Source of the DNA: Vicugna vicugna
Lineage: Eukaryota
Direction of reading: 5' to 3'
Assembly (NCBI GenBank): GCA_013265495.1
Contig: MU057796.1
Location: 248,001 to 312,000 of the forward strand
Length of the DNA stretch: 64,000 nucleotides
Shown: positions 49,301 to 62,680 of the stretch, in pieces
Position numbering within the stretch: the first letter of the stretch is position 1
Layout of the letters: each line of letters opens with the position of its first letter
The notes under the pieces: model-generated
What the model saw: only the letters and a program-made list of their open reading frames with translations
What the model was told of the DNA's origin: nothing
Databases searched by the model: none
Position numbers and translations under genes: made by a program

Positions 49301-51799
49301 GTACAAACACGTTGGAAAAATTAACTTAACTCTACAAATTCTGCACCAACAAGATATCCTGCTTCCAGGATTTTACTTAAGGGTAAAGCAGGTCCACAAA
49401 AAAAAAAAGTGTCCATATGTGTTTAGAGCAGCTTTTACAGTTCACTTCTATAACTGGCGTGTAATAGTTACCAATACTGTCTTGAGAAATGAGGCCTAAT
49501 GAATATTCAAACTAAGTTAAAAGATTCCCCTCGGTTACCATATTCCTTTCACCACTAAGAAGACATAACCCAAGCATTTGCTGAATGTAGAAAAAGATCA
49601 TCATTTCGTGGTGTGTTCTAAGAATTCCAATACAACTTTCAGACGAGAGAAGCGGACCATGGAGGAGTCCACGGTTGTGCACAGAACACAAAGTTGGAGG
49701 AGCTCTGTTTAAAGGAGGGGCTTGTCTTGCTTCTACTGGCTTCAGTGCAGCTCGGGGGTTGATCCTTTGAAATGGGTGCCTGAGTGGAGTGGAGGGAACA
49801 GCAAGTCCTTGACACCTACGCCCAATGCTGGGAAGAGGATTACCAGGGCTCGGTGCTTGGTCCCATGAATGGTTTAAAAATGCCCCTTGAGCCATGTGGA
49901 TTCTCATGACATCTCCCAGGAACTTGAGCACTTTTAGCATCTCTTCTCATTTTGACTGCAGGAATCTTGGACTGATTCTTTGACCAGAGAATTGAGTTCC
50001 TTCCTCAAACACAGGTTAACCCTCATCATTTTTCTGTAAATATCAGCGATGCTAAGTATATTCAGTGAATCTTGGTTGAGCCCGGCATTCTCTACAGATG
50101 TCTCCATGCCAGCAGGACACTAAGCTATTTCTTTTAGTCACCACTCAAATGCCCTTGAGTTCTCTCCTTCTCTGTTCAAGCCTCCCAGAGATGGGAACTG
50201 AGCTCACCATTTCACGTGCAACTCAGTAGCCACCTGATGCCATCTTGATTATATATGCCTTATTTTGTGTTGCCAAGATGCATTTATTTGAATAACTGCT
50301 CAGTGACATATTTCGGAGAGTTTCTTTTTTTTTTCTCTCTTTGATATTCCTGTATGTGATAACCTAACACAACTAGTTGTGCACTTAATGCATACCAAAG
50401 TGACGTACTAGGTAAAAACTGAGAATATGGAATTTTCTGGCAAAAAAACTGAAACAGGGCCCCCCTAGTCATGTATAATTGACATTTACTAGCTGCTTCT
50501 GGAAGATGATGGTGATGGTTTATGACATTTGTGATGAACAAATCACACCTGCTCAAACGTGATAGAAAAATCACCTAATTTTAGTTGATGGACTCAAAGC
50601 TTTTTGAGTTGTGGTTTCTACTGCTATTACTTCTTCCAGGTTACCCAGAAATGTTTCTCATTTTGCTTAAGGTCTGTAAAGTTTTATTTTTCCTCCTAAG
50701 TGTCCAGCATTTTTGAGTTTTTCCTCCCCTTTTGTTCTCTGTTTATTTTTCCCTTCCCAAGACTTCATTTTTGTTTTGTACTCATTTTCCCATAGCTTCA
50801 GTCCTTCCTGCAAAATGCTTTTGTCATCACTCAGCAACATCCTCCTATCACTTCTCTATATTCTGGTTGCCATAGCATTCCGTCTTGGTGCAGACACTAT
50901 AAGTAGCAGAGGAAGAAGCATTCCTCACTCATTAATCATTTGCTCAGTCTCCAAGTCGACTGAGCCCATAGCAGAGGTTAGTCATGAAGCAGGTGTCCAT
51001 CTGTACGAAACAGTGCTCATGGACAGTGGACATCAGTGAGTCATCTCTGAATCAAGAACTTCTGTAGGTGATGTTTCCCTTTTCAAGAAAAGGTCAACCA
51101 TCTGGTCTGGGTGAAACCACTGGTTGCCTCAAGTTGCAGAAAGTAATGTACAGGTAGAAAAAAATGGATCAACCATTTAGTAAAAGTAGTTCACTGTGGT
51201 CCTGGATCTTTCCACTCCTCAGTAAGATTTTTTTTCTTTCAATATACTTATCTATTTCTTTGCAAAGGATTCTTTAGACTAAGGGTAGTTTTAGATAGCC
51301 CTAACATTTCACTTCTAATAATTCATTATATAATATTCAAATTTGTTTTACACCTTAGGAAAGTCTCTACTTTATGAAAATTTCATCACTTTTTAAAGTT
51401 AATTCCGTTAACCGTCCAAGTCATTCCTTGGCCTTCTTAGGATGTGAGCTATTATTATGAGTTCTTCACTATGGAGAAATATGTTTCTACCTCTGTTTAA
51501 ATTCCTTGTTACTCTTGATTGATGTATGCTGAAAATGTTAGGATGTAGAAAAGAGTTCATTATCTTTTTTTTTTAAGGAAATTTATATCAGATGAAACTG
51601 TATTAGTTTTAACATAGAGGCTTAAACATTGTAGTCAAATTAAAAATTACAAAAAATAACTTCACCTGGTAAAGAAATGAAATTTGAATAGAATTTGAAA
51701 TAGAAATGGAGTTAGTGGAGGGAAGCTGTTTGGGTAGAAAATGGAGGCTCAGGTACGTCCAGCAAGCAAAAAAAAAAAGAGGGGGCAGATAAGATCTAG

Positions 51800-51990
51800 C
51801 AGACATGGTTGGGAGTCTTGGGTAAGCTGTATACTACTGTAGGACTTTGGGCAGTAGTTAACTTCTCTGCCTTGTCCTTCTCACTTGTGAAATGGAGGTG
51901 ATGCTAACAATACTTCGTCAGCTTTCTATAGGGTGGTTTTGAGAAATTAGCGCGTAGAGCATTTTCACAGTATGTTAGCACATGGCATTA
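51800..51990 (+). mobile_element. MIR SINE
   Basis: GACTTTGGGCAGTAGTTAACTTCTCTGCC...CTTGTGAAATGGAGGTGATG. Confidence 0.7.
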
Positions 51991-52604
51991 CCAAATATTT
52001 CATTTTGAGGGGTGGTTGTTATTCACTCTTTGCTTGTGTTTATGTTTAAAATCTAGATAAAAGCCCCTTGATTGTGCAGAATGCTCCTTTGGTGTTGAGG
52101 ATATGACTCAAGATACTCCCACACTTAGGGGGGAAATGTAATAGGTACAACTCAGCCCCGAGCTGCATGAGAAGCACCATTTTCATCAGCTCTCAGTGAA
52201 ATCTAACCCTAGCTAAATCTTGATTAGCCTTGAAGAAAGAAGTTTTGAAGTTAAGTCAGAAAAAGGAAAACTCTGGAAATATAAGCGGGGTCAATATAAG
52301 CAGAAATTGATTAGTCCAAAAGCTTATTTTAAAATTTAAATCTTAGCCTAAATTAAATCATATTAAATATTGCCTTCTACTACATAAGCTTAACTGTAGG
52401 GTAGTTGAAATTCAAAAAGCTCTTATATTTGCTTTGCTGAGCTGTTTGGAACACGGGGTCATAAGCTGGGCATTACTGCCCGCCTGATAGTAACTTTCCT
52501 GAATTTTAGCAACAGTGACTATGAGAAGTAATTGCCTCTGGGTACTATCCTTGAACACTTAAATATACAAAGTGGTTATAAAATTCACTGTTTTTCTTCA
52601 ATCA

Positions 52605-52800
52605 ACACACGCACATATATCAATTATATATATATACACACATATGTATACACACACATATATAGTATGTATATATATATATATACACACAAAATTTCAG
52701 AAAAACAGGGAATGTAAGTTGATGTGCACATATAATATGTATTTATGTGTATATGTGTTTGTGTGTGTGTATCTAGATAGAAAGATAGATAGATATCATA
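52605..52800. repeat. TA/CA/TG-rich low-complexity microsatellite cluster
   Basis: Read directly. Confidence 0.85.
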
Positions 52801-53034
52801 TCTGTTGAATTAGGGAAGAAAACACTGATCTCAAATTCAAGCCTTAGGGTTTGCTTGAATTGTGCTTTTGGATTGGGACTGGGGACTGGGAGTTATTCTC
52901 TGAGCAGCACCTATAAGCATTACATCTGTGACGTATATGTTTGTTACTGTAGAACAAGTTATTTTGTATAATTCAACCATAGTCTTGCAGGATGGGTCAC
53001 AGTGGTTTCAGACTTGCCTCAGTTTGGCCAGGAA

Positions 53035-53245
53035 TTTTGTTTTTCTAGCTTTATTGAGATATGATTGACAAATAAAAATTGTGTATATTTAGGTTGTACA
53101 ATGTGATTTTTTTAAGGTGTACAGTACGATGCTTTAATAAATGGATACACTGTGAAGTGCTTCCCGCAGTCAAGTCAGTTATATATCTGTCACCTCATAT
53201 AGTTACCATTTGTGTGTGCATGTGTGTGTTTGTGAGAACACTTTA
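53035..53245 (-). mobile_element. L1 3' end (L1MA9/10-like)
   Basis: AGCTTTATTGAGATATGATTGACAAATAAAAATTGTGTATATTTA...CACCTCATATAGTTACC...GTGAGAACACTT. Confidence 0.85.
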
Positions 53246-56200
53246 GGGTAAATCTTACATGTTTACAAATTGCTTTTGAATTTAAATGCCTTTCGGTAGT
53301 CATAACCTTTCTAGTGGGTAACAGGCTCTACTCTTCCCACTGTGTTAGTCTTCACCCAATTCCCATATTTCTCCAGGCTCTGAACTACACATACAGAAAG
53401 AAGTTGTGAATTTAGTGAAACAAATCAGTTTAAACTTTCGGTAGTGGTGGTGGAGTCGTTGGGTGGAGTCTGCTAGTCTAAATCCCAGCCCTGAACTTCA
53501 GGGGACTCTCTACAATCGCAAAGACCCACTACGTATAACGCTGGTGCTCAGCACCAGCAGGGCTATATCCATTGTCCTAAGCTTTCAGGCTGCAGGGAAA
53601 ATTTATTCATGTTTCCCGCTCTTGCACCTTGAATCAAAAGTGATTGCAGTTGAGTGCCTTGGAGGCTTGAAGGTTGCTGACATTGGAGTGGGTGGGAGAA
53701 AGAACTGGGGGCGGGGATAATGGGCTTTGAGTAAGCAGAGGCCTTTAATTAAAGGGAAGGCAAATTAAGTTAACAAATCTTTCCTCTAAGATGGCATGAG
53801 ACCAACAGATTTTTGTAAAACAAGTGAATTTCCCAGTATAAACTGCAGTCCAGTTTTCCCGCTCTTTTTCCAATCCATGGTTTTGGAAGTACTCACAAAA
53901 TTTTGTAATGTGCACAATAGCTTGCAGGTGTTGGCAGAACATTTTCATGACATTACATGGTTCATACTACTCTTAAATTTGTAAATATGTAGGTCTAGAT
54001 ATGTAAAGCATATATCAATCTTTTACAATGGCAACTAGACAAACACTGAACACTAGAATTAAAAATAGTCTTATTTTTACAAATATATTTAATGAAATTT
54101 AATTAAATTTACAAAAAATAAATGAATGTTTAAATAATTTTGCTTAAAAATTTTAGTTATATTAAGCAACTTAAATTGATCAAATTGATATTTTGACAAA
54201 CATTAAATGCAATTTGTATTTTCCCTTTATTTTAATTAATAACTATTTTATAGAAGAAAATATCTTTTTAAAAATAGATAAAATGGTTTTGGATTTTTCA
54301 CAGTTACATTAATTTACATTCAGATGAAAATATAGTCAAAAATTGTCACTTAAAATCACTACTGTAAATAATTCTAGGTGATTACTGACAATTAAATTGA
54401 TAATTATATACATATCTTCATTATAACAACATAATTGATTTCCTGGAAAGATATCAAAAATGAACTTTGCAGAATTATTTATAATTTGTGAGTTATATGT
54501 CTTTATCTTATGACTTACTTGTGCAACAAAATGGTCTGACTATATAAAAATAATTAAATTTAGTCATTTGCTGCTTTATTGATTTGCCATATTATAAAGC
54601 CACAGCTTTATATACATTTTTCTAAGTTGTCATTATGAAGGTATATTTGTTAAGTAGTAGAACATATTTTTTTCATAGTTTTTAGCCTGCTTTTAAAAAT
54701 GTAAATATTTTAACCAATCTATGTCTGTATTTGTCAGCTTAAGCTTCTGTTTTGCAAGTGTTAGGGACAGGTCTACCCTGAATGCGAGAGGAGCATCTGC
54801 AGGGAAATGATTACTTGCATTCCCCTTCTGAGTTCTAGAGATGACTCTGTGGCATCATCCTTTATGGCCACATGACAGCAATTGCTTCCTCTACACTGAC
54901 CCCACAGAAGCTGATCCATGTGTCTGTGCCAGTTAATTATGGTTCCATATTCAAGTTCTTTGACCTCAGAAACTTCCATAGCTGCCCTCTCCATCTCGCA
55001 GCTCTTGTCTATGGAAACGGATCCTTTGTATTAGAACTGTGTCAGACACTGATCTAGAGAACAAAGAGGCATTGGAGGGTGGAATTAATAATACCCACTC
55101 TTCTAAAAAAAAAAGTGTAATTGTTGTCTTATTATAGGAAAAAAAGAGAAATGCTTAAAAAATCATTTTACTTAAAATCATGCTTACATTTTGTGTCATT
55201 TTGGGGATGAACATATTGATGTACTATTCCTATACAAAAACGTTATGCACTTACTGTGGTATTTAAATGAAAAAAAGGAAGAATTGTAGATGCATTAGTA
55301 ACTATCTTCTCATATGAGGTATGCATCATACTGTTATTACGTGAATTCAGGATAAGAATACATTCAAAATGTATTCTTTACAGAATTTATGTTATAATTT
55401 CAGTTCTATTTTTTTTCCTTTTAAGTACTGTAAAAGTAAAGACACAGCTTTTTGTACTACTGAAAATACACATTTGTGAAAATGTGGTTGCGTCTGTGCT
55501 GATGTTGAAGTTTGCTGCATTTTTCTCACCTTTCTCTCTTTTGATGGTGAAATTAATCTGAAGAGCCCTAAGTGCAGGCTCTGTGATTTGCCATTAGGGA
55601 AAGCTCTTATATTTTTCATCTGGCACCTGAGAGCAAATGCTTCGCTCTCCTCCTTTTTAGAGTCTCCCCTTCTATGAAAAGCCTCAGAATAAAGAAGGGA
55701 GCAATTAAACAATTCTGGGAAGTAAATTGACCCCTCTTACTTATTCCTAGATGCATCCCCCACTTCCTTTTGCAAAAATAAGTTTAAGTATGACTGAGAT
55801 TAACTGATCCCATAAACCCAACAGCTGCTCCCTTTATGGGAAGATGTCCCTGCCCATGACTGATGACTCTTATTATCTTATCTCTTAAACAGTTGGGTAT
55901 CTTGACCTTACTGATTTCTCATGTTTCCTGTGACCTTCAGGGTTTTTCTCCAGGAATCCTCAGGGGTAAAGACCTGGGTAGTAAACTCATGAACTCCCAG
56001 AGAGGAAGGAGCCCAATGTCACTGTTCCAGGTGTCCCAGCTGCAATACTTAATTTTCTAATAGTCCCTGAAATGCCTTTTGCCTGTGGTATCAGCTTCCT
56101 CAGATTCCTTAGGAGAATGGAACCTACAAATAAATATTGAAAAACAATTACCTATGGAATCTCATGAAATTTGTGCCTATGTGTCCATATTATAAATTTT

Positions 56201-56371
56201 ACTTATTGTTGTTGACGATCAACACAGAGAGGTAGTTTTATGCAATGATCCAATCACTTACTGGTTGTCAGTCACCTGTACAGCTTTAAAAATTCAGATT
56301 CCTGGGCCCACTGTTGACCTACCAAATAACAATCGGGGGGGGCAGTGAGAAGGATTGTGGGAGTTGGAAGT

Positions 56372-56862
56372 TATGTTGTGTATGCTCCACTTGCCTCTCC
56401 ACAAGCATGCTTCAGTCTTCTCTACTCTGCTTTGTACTCAAGAGGCTGATCTGTACAAACAACGTCACTGAGCATCCTTGCCTCTGGCTTCCTGATATGC
56501 TCAGCAAAGGGGGCCATAGCAGGAGACAGGAGGGAGGGAAGAAGATGAGTTTGAGTATTAATTCCCCCTCATTCCCCACCTGCAGGTTGTTTCTACTGGA
56601 GATCTTCCTCCTGAAGGTCTTATCAAAGCATACTTCTCCACAGGATTGTCCTCTACATCCCAGTAACCACTCCCTTCCTTGGCCCTTTGGTCTTAAGGTC
56701 TTACTGCAACTTCTCTTACAGTTTTTTAATACTCTGCTCATGTCTTTTAAATCAATTATTTTATTTAATAAAAATAAATTTTAAATTAAATATTCTTTAA
56801 ATTACCTAATTTGTGTGTGTCATCTCTCGCTCTCTTTTTTTCTGTTTTCTGAAATCCTGATA
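56372..56862 (+). mobile_element. ERVL solo LTR (LTR33-like)
   Basis: GAGGCTGATCTGTAC...CCTTGCCTCTGGCTTCCTG...GCAGGAGACAGGAGGGAGGG...CCAGTAACCACTCCCTTCCTTGGCCCTT. Confidence 0.75.
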
Positions 56863-56999
56863 GGGAGTTTACAATATCCGTCTAAAATTTACAAGATCTC
56901 TTTGTTCCTGGAGATAGCACATTGCTATATATCTTATGAATACATTGTGTTTATTTAGAATGAGTTTTTATTGTTTATCCTTGTAACCAGTGATTTCTT

Positions 57000-58255
57000 T
57001 TTCTTTATTTTGGCTTTTGAAATTTATTGTACTCATTTTAAGTGTGCAGTTTGAGTTTTGAAAAAAATATATATGCCTGTGTAGTCACCCTGACAATCAA
57101 CTTTAAGAATATTTCAATCACCTCAAAAAAGTTCTCTGAGTTCCTTTCTAATCTATTTCTTCTCTACCCCTACCGTAGGCAAAAACTGATCTGCTTTCTG
57201 TTGCTAGAGATAGATATTGCCTGTTATAGAATTTTATATAAATAGAAATATGCAATATATATTCTCTTATGTCTATTTTCCCAGGTGTCATAATGTTTTT
57301 GAGATGCATCCATGTTGTGGTGTCTGTCAGTGGTCTGTTCTTTTTTTGTTTTTTAAATACTAAGCCATATTCCAATATACAACCATAGCAAAATTCATTT
57401 ATCCATATCCATTAAATACCCATTAATAGACATTTGAGTTATTTCTAGATTTTGACTATTGTGAATAAAGATGTGAACATTATTGGATGTCTTTTTATGG
57501 ATATTTGGTTTTATTTCTTTTGACTAAATATCTAAGTGTAGAATTGCTGGATTGTAGGGCAGGTATACATTTATCTTTATTAACTGACATCTTTATAATA
57601 TTGATCTTAAAATCCATAATATGACATATGTATATATCTGTTTAAGTCTTATTTAATTTCACCTGATAATGTCTTGCAGTCTTCAGAGTAGAAATTTGTA
57701 TATCCTTTCCTAGATTTATCTTCAACCTATTTTATGTTTGTTATTGGTATTATAAGTGGTATAATTTTAAAAATGCCATTTTTTATTTGTTGGACTTTAG
57801 AAAAAAATGACTTTCATAGACTGAACTTGGAACCAATTATCTTGCTAAATTTACTTATCAATTCTAATATTTTTATTTTCTTTTGCATCCTGTATGTGCA
57901 AAAAATCATCTTTCCTGCAAATAACAGAAACTTCTATTTCTTGCTTCCTAGTTCCTAGGCTTTATATTTTTCTTGTCTTATCACACTGGCTAGAACTGTA
58001 TGATATGCGATAATATTGTTAACAGATACCCTTCTCTTTTTCTCAATTTGGGAAAAGTTTTGCATGTTTCACAATTAAATATGGATTTTGGGGATACATT
58101 CTCTGCCAGATTAGAGAAGTCCCTTCTATCCTTACTTTTAAAGTGTTTTTTATTGTCATGAATGAGTACTGAATTTTGACAAATGATTTTTTAGAACTAA
58201 TTTAGATAATTATCTCTCAGCTACTTTTTTATAAATCTGTTACTTGCAGACTCAC
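57000..58255 (-). mobile_element. Old L1 (3' UTR joined to an ORF2 fragment by internal deletion)
   Basis: TAATGTTTTTGAGATGCATCCATGTTGT, GAATTGCTGGATTGTAGGG, CTTGCTAAATTTACTTATCAATTCTAATA, GAAGTCCCTTCTATCCTTA. Confidence 0.85.
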
Positions 58256-58764
58256 TAATTTTTAAGAGCCTCCTTTTATTTTCTCTCTCCATTATAACTT
58301 GGATAATTTGATACTTTCTCATGTTTATTTGCATATTTCATCCGAGATTTGAGAAAACTCTTATTTTGGTGTCTTGAGTAAAAACAAACAAAAAAGTATG
58401 TTTATTCAATTCACATTTTACAACATTTATAAGCTAATTAAAACCACCTTTAGTTTTCGTCCTTTTTTATGGATAATGCTCTAAAACATATGTCTAAACT
58501 CTCAAACCTACTTATATTTTCAGTCTCTTAAAATCCATATGAGCTGTCTTATTTCCTGTGAATCTACAACTCAGATAATGATTGTATCTAATTTTAGAGC
58601 AAGTAAAGTTAACCAATAAGTGTGAACTGTATGTAACCAAAAATAGGGAGATAAGAATTGGTAGAAACGATCTTAAGAAAACATGTATCTGCTAGTAGTT
58701 AGTTCTTATGTGCTCAAAATGTGAAATTCATTATGATTTTTGGGATCAACCTGATGTTTATTGT

Positions 58765-59172
58765 TAGAAGTCACGTTTCCTAGTAAGCAGACTCTGAGGT
58801 GGAGATTAGATCAAAGGCAGTGGGGGAGCCCCCCCACTTGTAAGGGAGTGAGGGAAACCAAATTGGATCAATAGAAAAGTCAAATTGCAGTGCAGTTACA
58901 ACAGAGGCCTCAGTGATTCCCACAGGGGCTTCTAAAGCTGCGATGGTCTTCAGAGACATCTCACCTTGAGGTAAGATGTCAAGACTATATATTCCTCCCT
59001 GAGCCAATCATGGGATATTTGCTGCCTTCTGCAAGGACAGGTGACCTTGGACTAAGGGCAGTTTCTGGAGAAGGGCTGAACTAATAACTATCACCAACAT
59101 TTCCAGCTGCCAAGAATGAGGACCTCATTCCTGCAGGGGAGATCTGAAAAGCACACAATGGCATCTATTACC
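58765..59172 (-). mobile_element. ERVL-type solo LTR (LTR40/41-like)
   Basis: TTCCTAGTAAGCAGACTCTGAGGTGGAGATT...GCAGTTACAACAGAGGCCTCAG...GATCTGAAAAGCACACAATGGCATCTATTAC. Confidence 0.6.
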
Positions 59173-62044
59173 GTTCTGTATTTAAGAAGATATGGTGTTA
59201 AACCAAATGATTCAGAATTGTGTTAGTCCATCTTTCCTGATAACACTTTGATACGATTTTATTCAGTGCCCTGCAACACAGTTTGAACCATGCTATCATG
59301 GAAACAGATGGAATTTGGAGATAGAAGGCTGTTTTTTAGTTTAGTTCTGCCATTTTACAACTCTTTGTATACCTGTAAGTAGATCCTCTTGACTAATTTG
59401 CGTCTCAGTTTCTTATTCTATTCAGGGAAAATAGTAGTATATCTTAAAGTTTAAAGGTAAAGAAATTAGTTGGTAAACTGCTACCTTGTACGTTCCTTTT
59501 GTGTTTTTTGCTGAAGAACTTTCTACAGTCATTTGCAGATTAGCTGTTCTTAAACCAAATCCCATGGAGTGATTTAAAATTACTTGATTGCCTGTTTTAG
59601 AAGTGGAGTAAAATGGCTGATTCTAAGGACCTCTGAATAAATTAGTCTCACATAGACTTGACTTTCCCTAAAATAGATAGAGAACTGGCCATTTCAGTAG
59701 GACCCCATAAAGAGCTTGAACTTGAACCTCACAAAGAGCTCTGCCCTTATGATTAGCATTACATTAAGTTTCAAAGGAAAAGTGTGTCTTTACTAGAAGA
59801 CCAAGTAGGCTGATAATATTCAGGCATGCATTTTTTGCACCCAAACCTAAATGTTAATATAAACAAGGAGAAAAATGGATAATAGAAGCTAGCGATTACT
59901 AATTTCCAGACAAATGCCCTCTAAAACTTCCCTGCTGAAGATTTCATTGTCTCTCTTCTTTGAGTAATCTTTTCCTTGTCATGTAGATGCAGTGATCACT
60001 CTTTTCCAACACGACATGTATAGTCTTTCTCTTTCTGCGGCACAGATGATCAATTCATAAGCAGTGGCTCTTTGGGGCTGAATTTTTATTTCCCCTGAAC
60101 TAAGTTGGCTGTTTTTCCTATGGCTCATCCTTAATGAAGACCCTGATTATGGAGGCTGCAACTGGGTTCAGAATAGGGAGTGTTGTTGGGGAAAACTACC
60201 AGGAGTTAAATAAAGGCTGATCATCCATCCATGACTTTGTTATTCTCCACAAGTGTGAGATGTGTTGTCTCCTAAAATCTCCACTACACTACACCTTCTC
60301 CTCTCCTCTCCCTGCCCCTGAAATGACATTCTGTGATTTCTCTTGTATGCAAGTTAGCTAATAGCTAAATTTAGTCAAAATCAATTTGTGAATAAGTGAA
60401 CACCTTGTAATAAATAACACACTTTCAAAGCACATGTTTTTGGATTGATCTAACAGCATCCAATGAGATCTGCCAATATCATTTTACATTAACTTCTGTC
60501 AAGTTTAAATGCTTTTATAGGTTAATGAGGTGGCTTGTAATTTTGCTATACCTCTGCTGTTTCTCAGATATATGGCACATAACGGATAAATAAGATGTCT
60601 GCAAACGTATTTGTACCGAATGTTCACTGAGGGTTTCCTCACTTACTGCCCTCACATGCGGAAGCTACCCTGGGAAATGAATGTGCCAGGATAAGTTATC
60701 TGGGCCTCATAAAATCTTCCTCAGAAGATTGAAATAAAGTCAGTGCTTGCAGAAGACAAATCAATTGTGACATTTCTGAATAGAGTGCGATGCATTTAAT
60801 TAGCACAAGACATACTGGCAAATGCTGAATTACCCAATAAATCACTGGATGCTGGAACCCATACAGAGCGGGGAATCAGCTGTCTTGTGAGACGTACAGC
60901 AAGTGATAATAGGGAAATCTGGCCATTTGTATTGTCACTTTGCCCCATTTTCGGCTAAATTTTTTTTATTTTGACATTTGCTCACGGAGCCCCTCTAATT
61001 ATTCTAAACTATCAGCGAACTTGAGCCCACCCACTCTGAGACTATTTTACAAATATTTGCATTTGCAAAGGACACCCGCTATTGTTGATGTGGTCTTGCA
61101 GATGTGGCTCAGAAGGTCCTCTGTGAAGGGGGAGTAAGTGCAGATAAAAATCCTCAGTGCAGACATTCTGGAAAAGCGACTGACAGCGTCACTGTATTGC
61201 AGTTCATTGAAAATATTGGAGGTGTTTCTTCAGCCGCTTTTAAGTCTCACAAAGATACCTACCAGTTTAGGCAGAAAAATGGCTTACTTGAATGTTTGAC
61301 ACCTTTGATTTAAAAAATTTTTTTAAACCTGTAACTTAGAAGCTACTTCATTCTATCCTTGAAATGTTACAGCTAAAGAGCATTGAGGCTTAAATCCAAT
61401 GCTTTGGCTATTGAGAATCTGAGGAAAGAATTGAAAATGAATTTGAAATGAGTCTTGCTGTCTCTGGAAGGCAAGGCTGAGCATTCCCTCCGTTGAGGGC
61501 TATTTTATACATAAACTGATGGTTCTACTAGTCAGCCTTTAATTGACCAGCTCCCTGTTATACAAACAGTACGGTGGCCTCCCAAATAAACACTAGATCG
61601 TGCAAAAGACCCCTAGTCTACCCCCACCAACACTGCTTCTCCTCCTCTGATACCACGCTAAGCGGTGACATTTCAAGCCCTTGATGGGAGACAGGAGTGA
61701 TGTAAGGAAAAACAAACAGGTTTTTATTTGTAAGGAATCTCAGGTCTGTGAGGCTGGGGCCTGATTTTCTGGAGAGTGGGAACTCTAGAAAGACTAGCAC
61801 CGTTTGTCTGAAGTCATGGAAATCTGGCTTGCATTGCTATGGCTTCTAATCACAGCGCAGAGACCAGAGAAGGAATCGCTGTCACCTGGGAAAGTCTCAC
61901 TGCTTCCCTCCCTCTGACATCCTAAAATGTGGTCGGGGAAGAGATTCCTTTCCCCTTCAAGGAGTCTACAGGAGCAGGGCGGCAAGCATACATTATAAAA
62001 TAAGATCCACAGGCTTCCAGTAATATCTGCTGTGCAGACACCAG

Positions 62045-62680
62045 CCAAACCCATCAGCACCCTGTGCCTTTCTTCCTTCTTCTCCTCATCACTGAGCTTA
62101 GGGAGGATGACTTCCCAGCCCCAAGGGGCTGAATCCAGATTAGGTGAAGCCTGCTATGCCAATCCCATTTCCTTTGCCCATGACTGGATGAGGGAAAGGG
62201 AAGTCACAGAGTTCTGATGGAGGGGGTGTTGGGGAAGTATGTTGGGCAGGTTCTAGGACAGAATATTTGCATTTATTTGGAGACAGAGAGAGTAATGGAC
62301 TTTTCTGTCTCCGAATGTGTTTGAGTGAGAAGAACTCAAGCTGGTGTCATCATTTTTCACTCTAAAATTCAGTTAGGGCCAAAGCTAAGACTCCAAGGAT
62401 GGAAGGGTTAATAGGTGAACAATCATCCCAGTTGTCCAGACCAAGAATGTTTCCAGGACTTTGAACTTTAAACACTAAAACCAGGAGTTGTCGGCCACAA
62501 TTGGGACAAGTTAGTTAACTTAGGAGAGAAAAGCTGGGGTATTTGGCAGTGTCCTCAAACTGCTGAGTTAACCAGCTCTGCAAAGCCCTCTGGACTTCCA
62601 TCCTTGTGATGAATGTCCTTATTGTTTATACCATTCTGAGTTGTGTCTTGTTTCATGTGGCTGAAATTCCTAAGTGACCA
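62045..62680 (+). mobile_element. Old LTR (MLT1K/L- or LTR16-like) with nested MER94-like hAT-Blackjack MITE at ~62412-62522
   Basis: LTR motifs CAATCCCATTTCCTTTGCCCATGACTGG and CCTTATTGTTTATACCATT. MITE termini AGGTGAACAATCATCCCAGTT and AATTGGGACAAGTTAGTTAACTT form imperfect TIRs. Confidence 0.6.

Noticed and set aside
55354..55378. 11-bp perfect hairpin AAGAATACATT-CAA-AATGTATTCTT
   Set aside because: Isolated and AT-rich; plausible by chance or as a small replication-slippage product.
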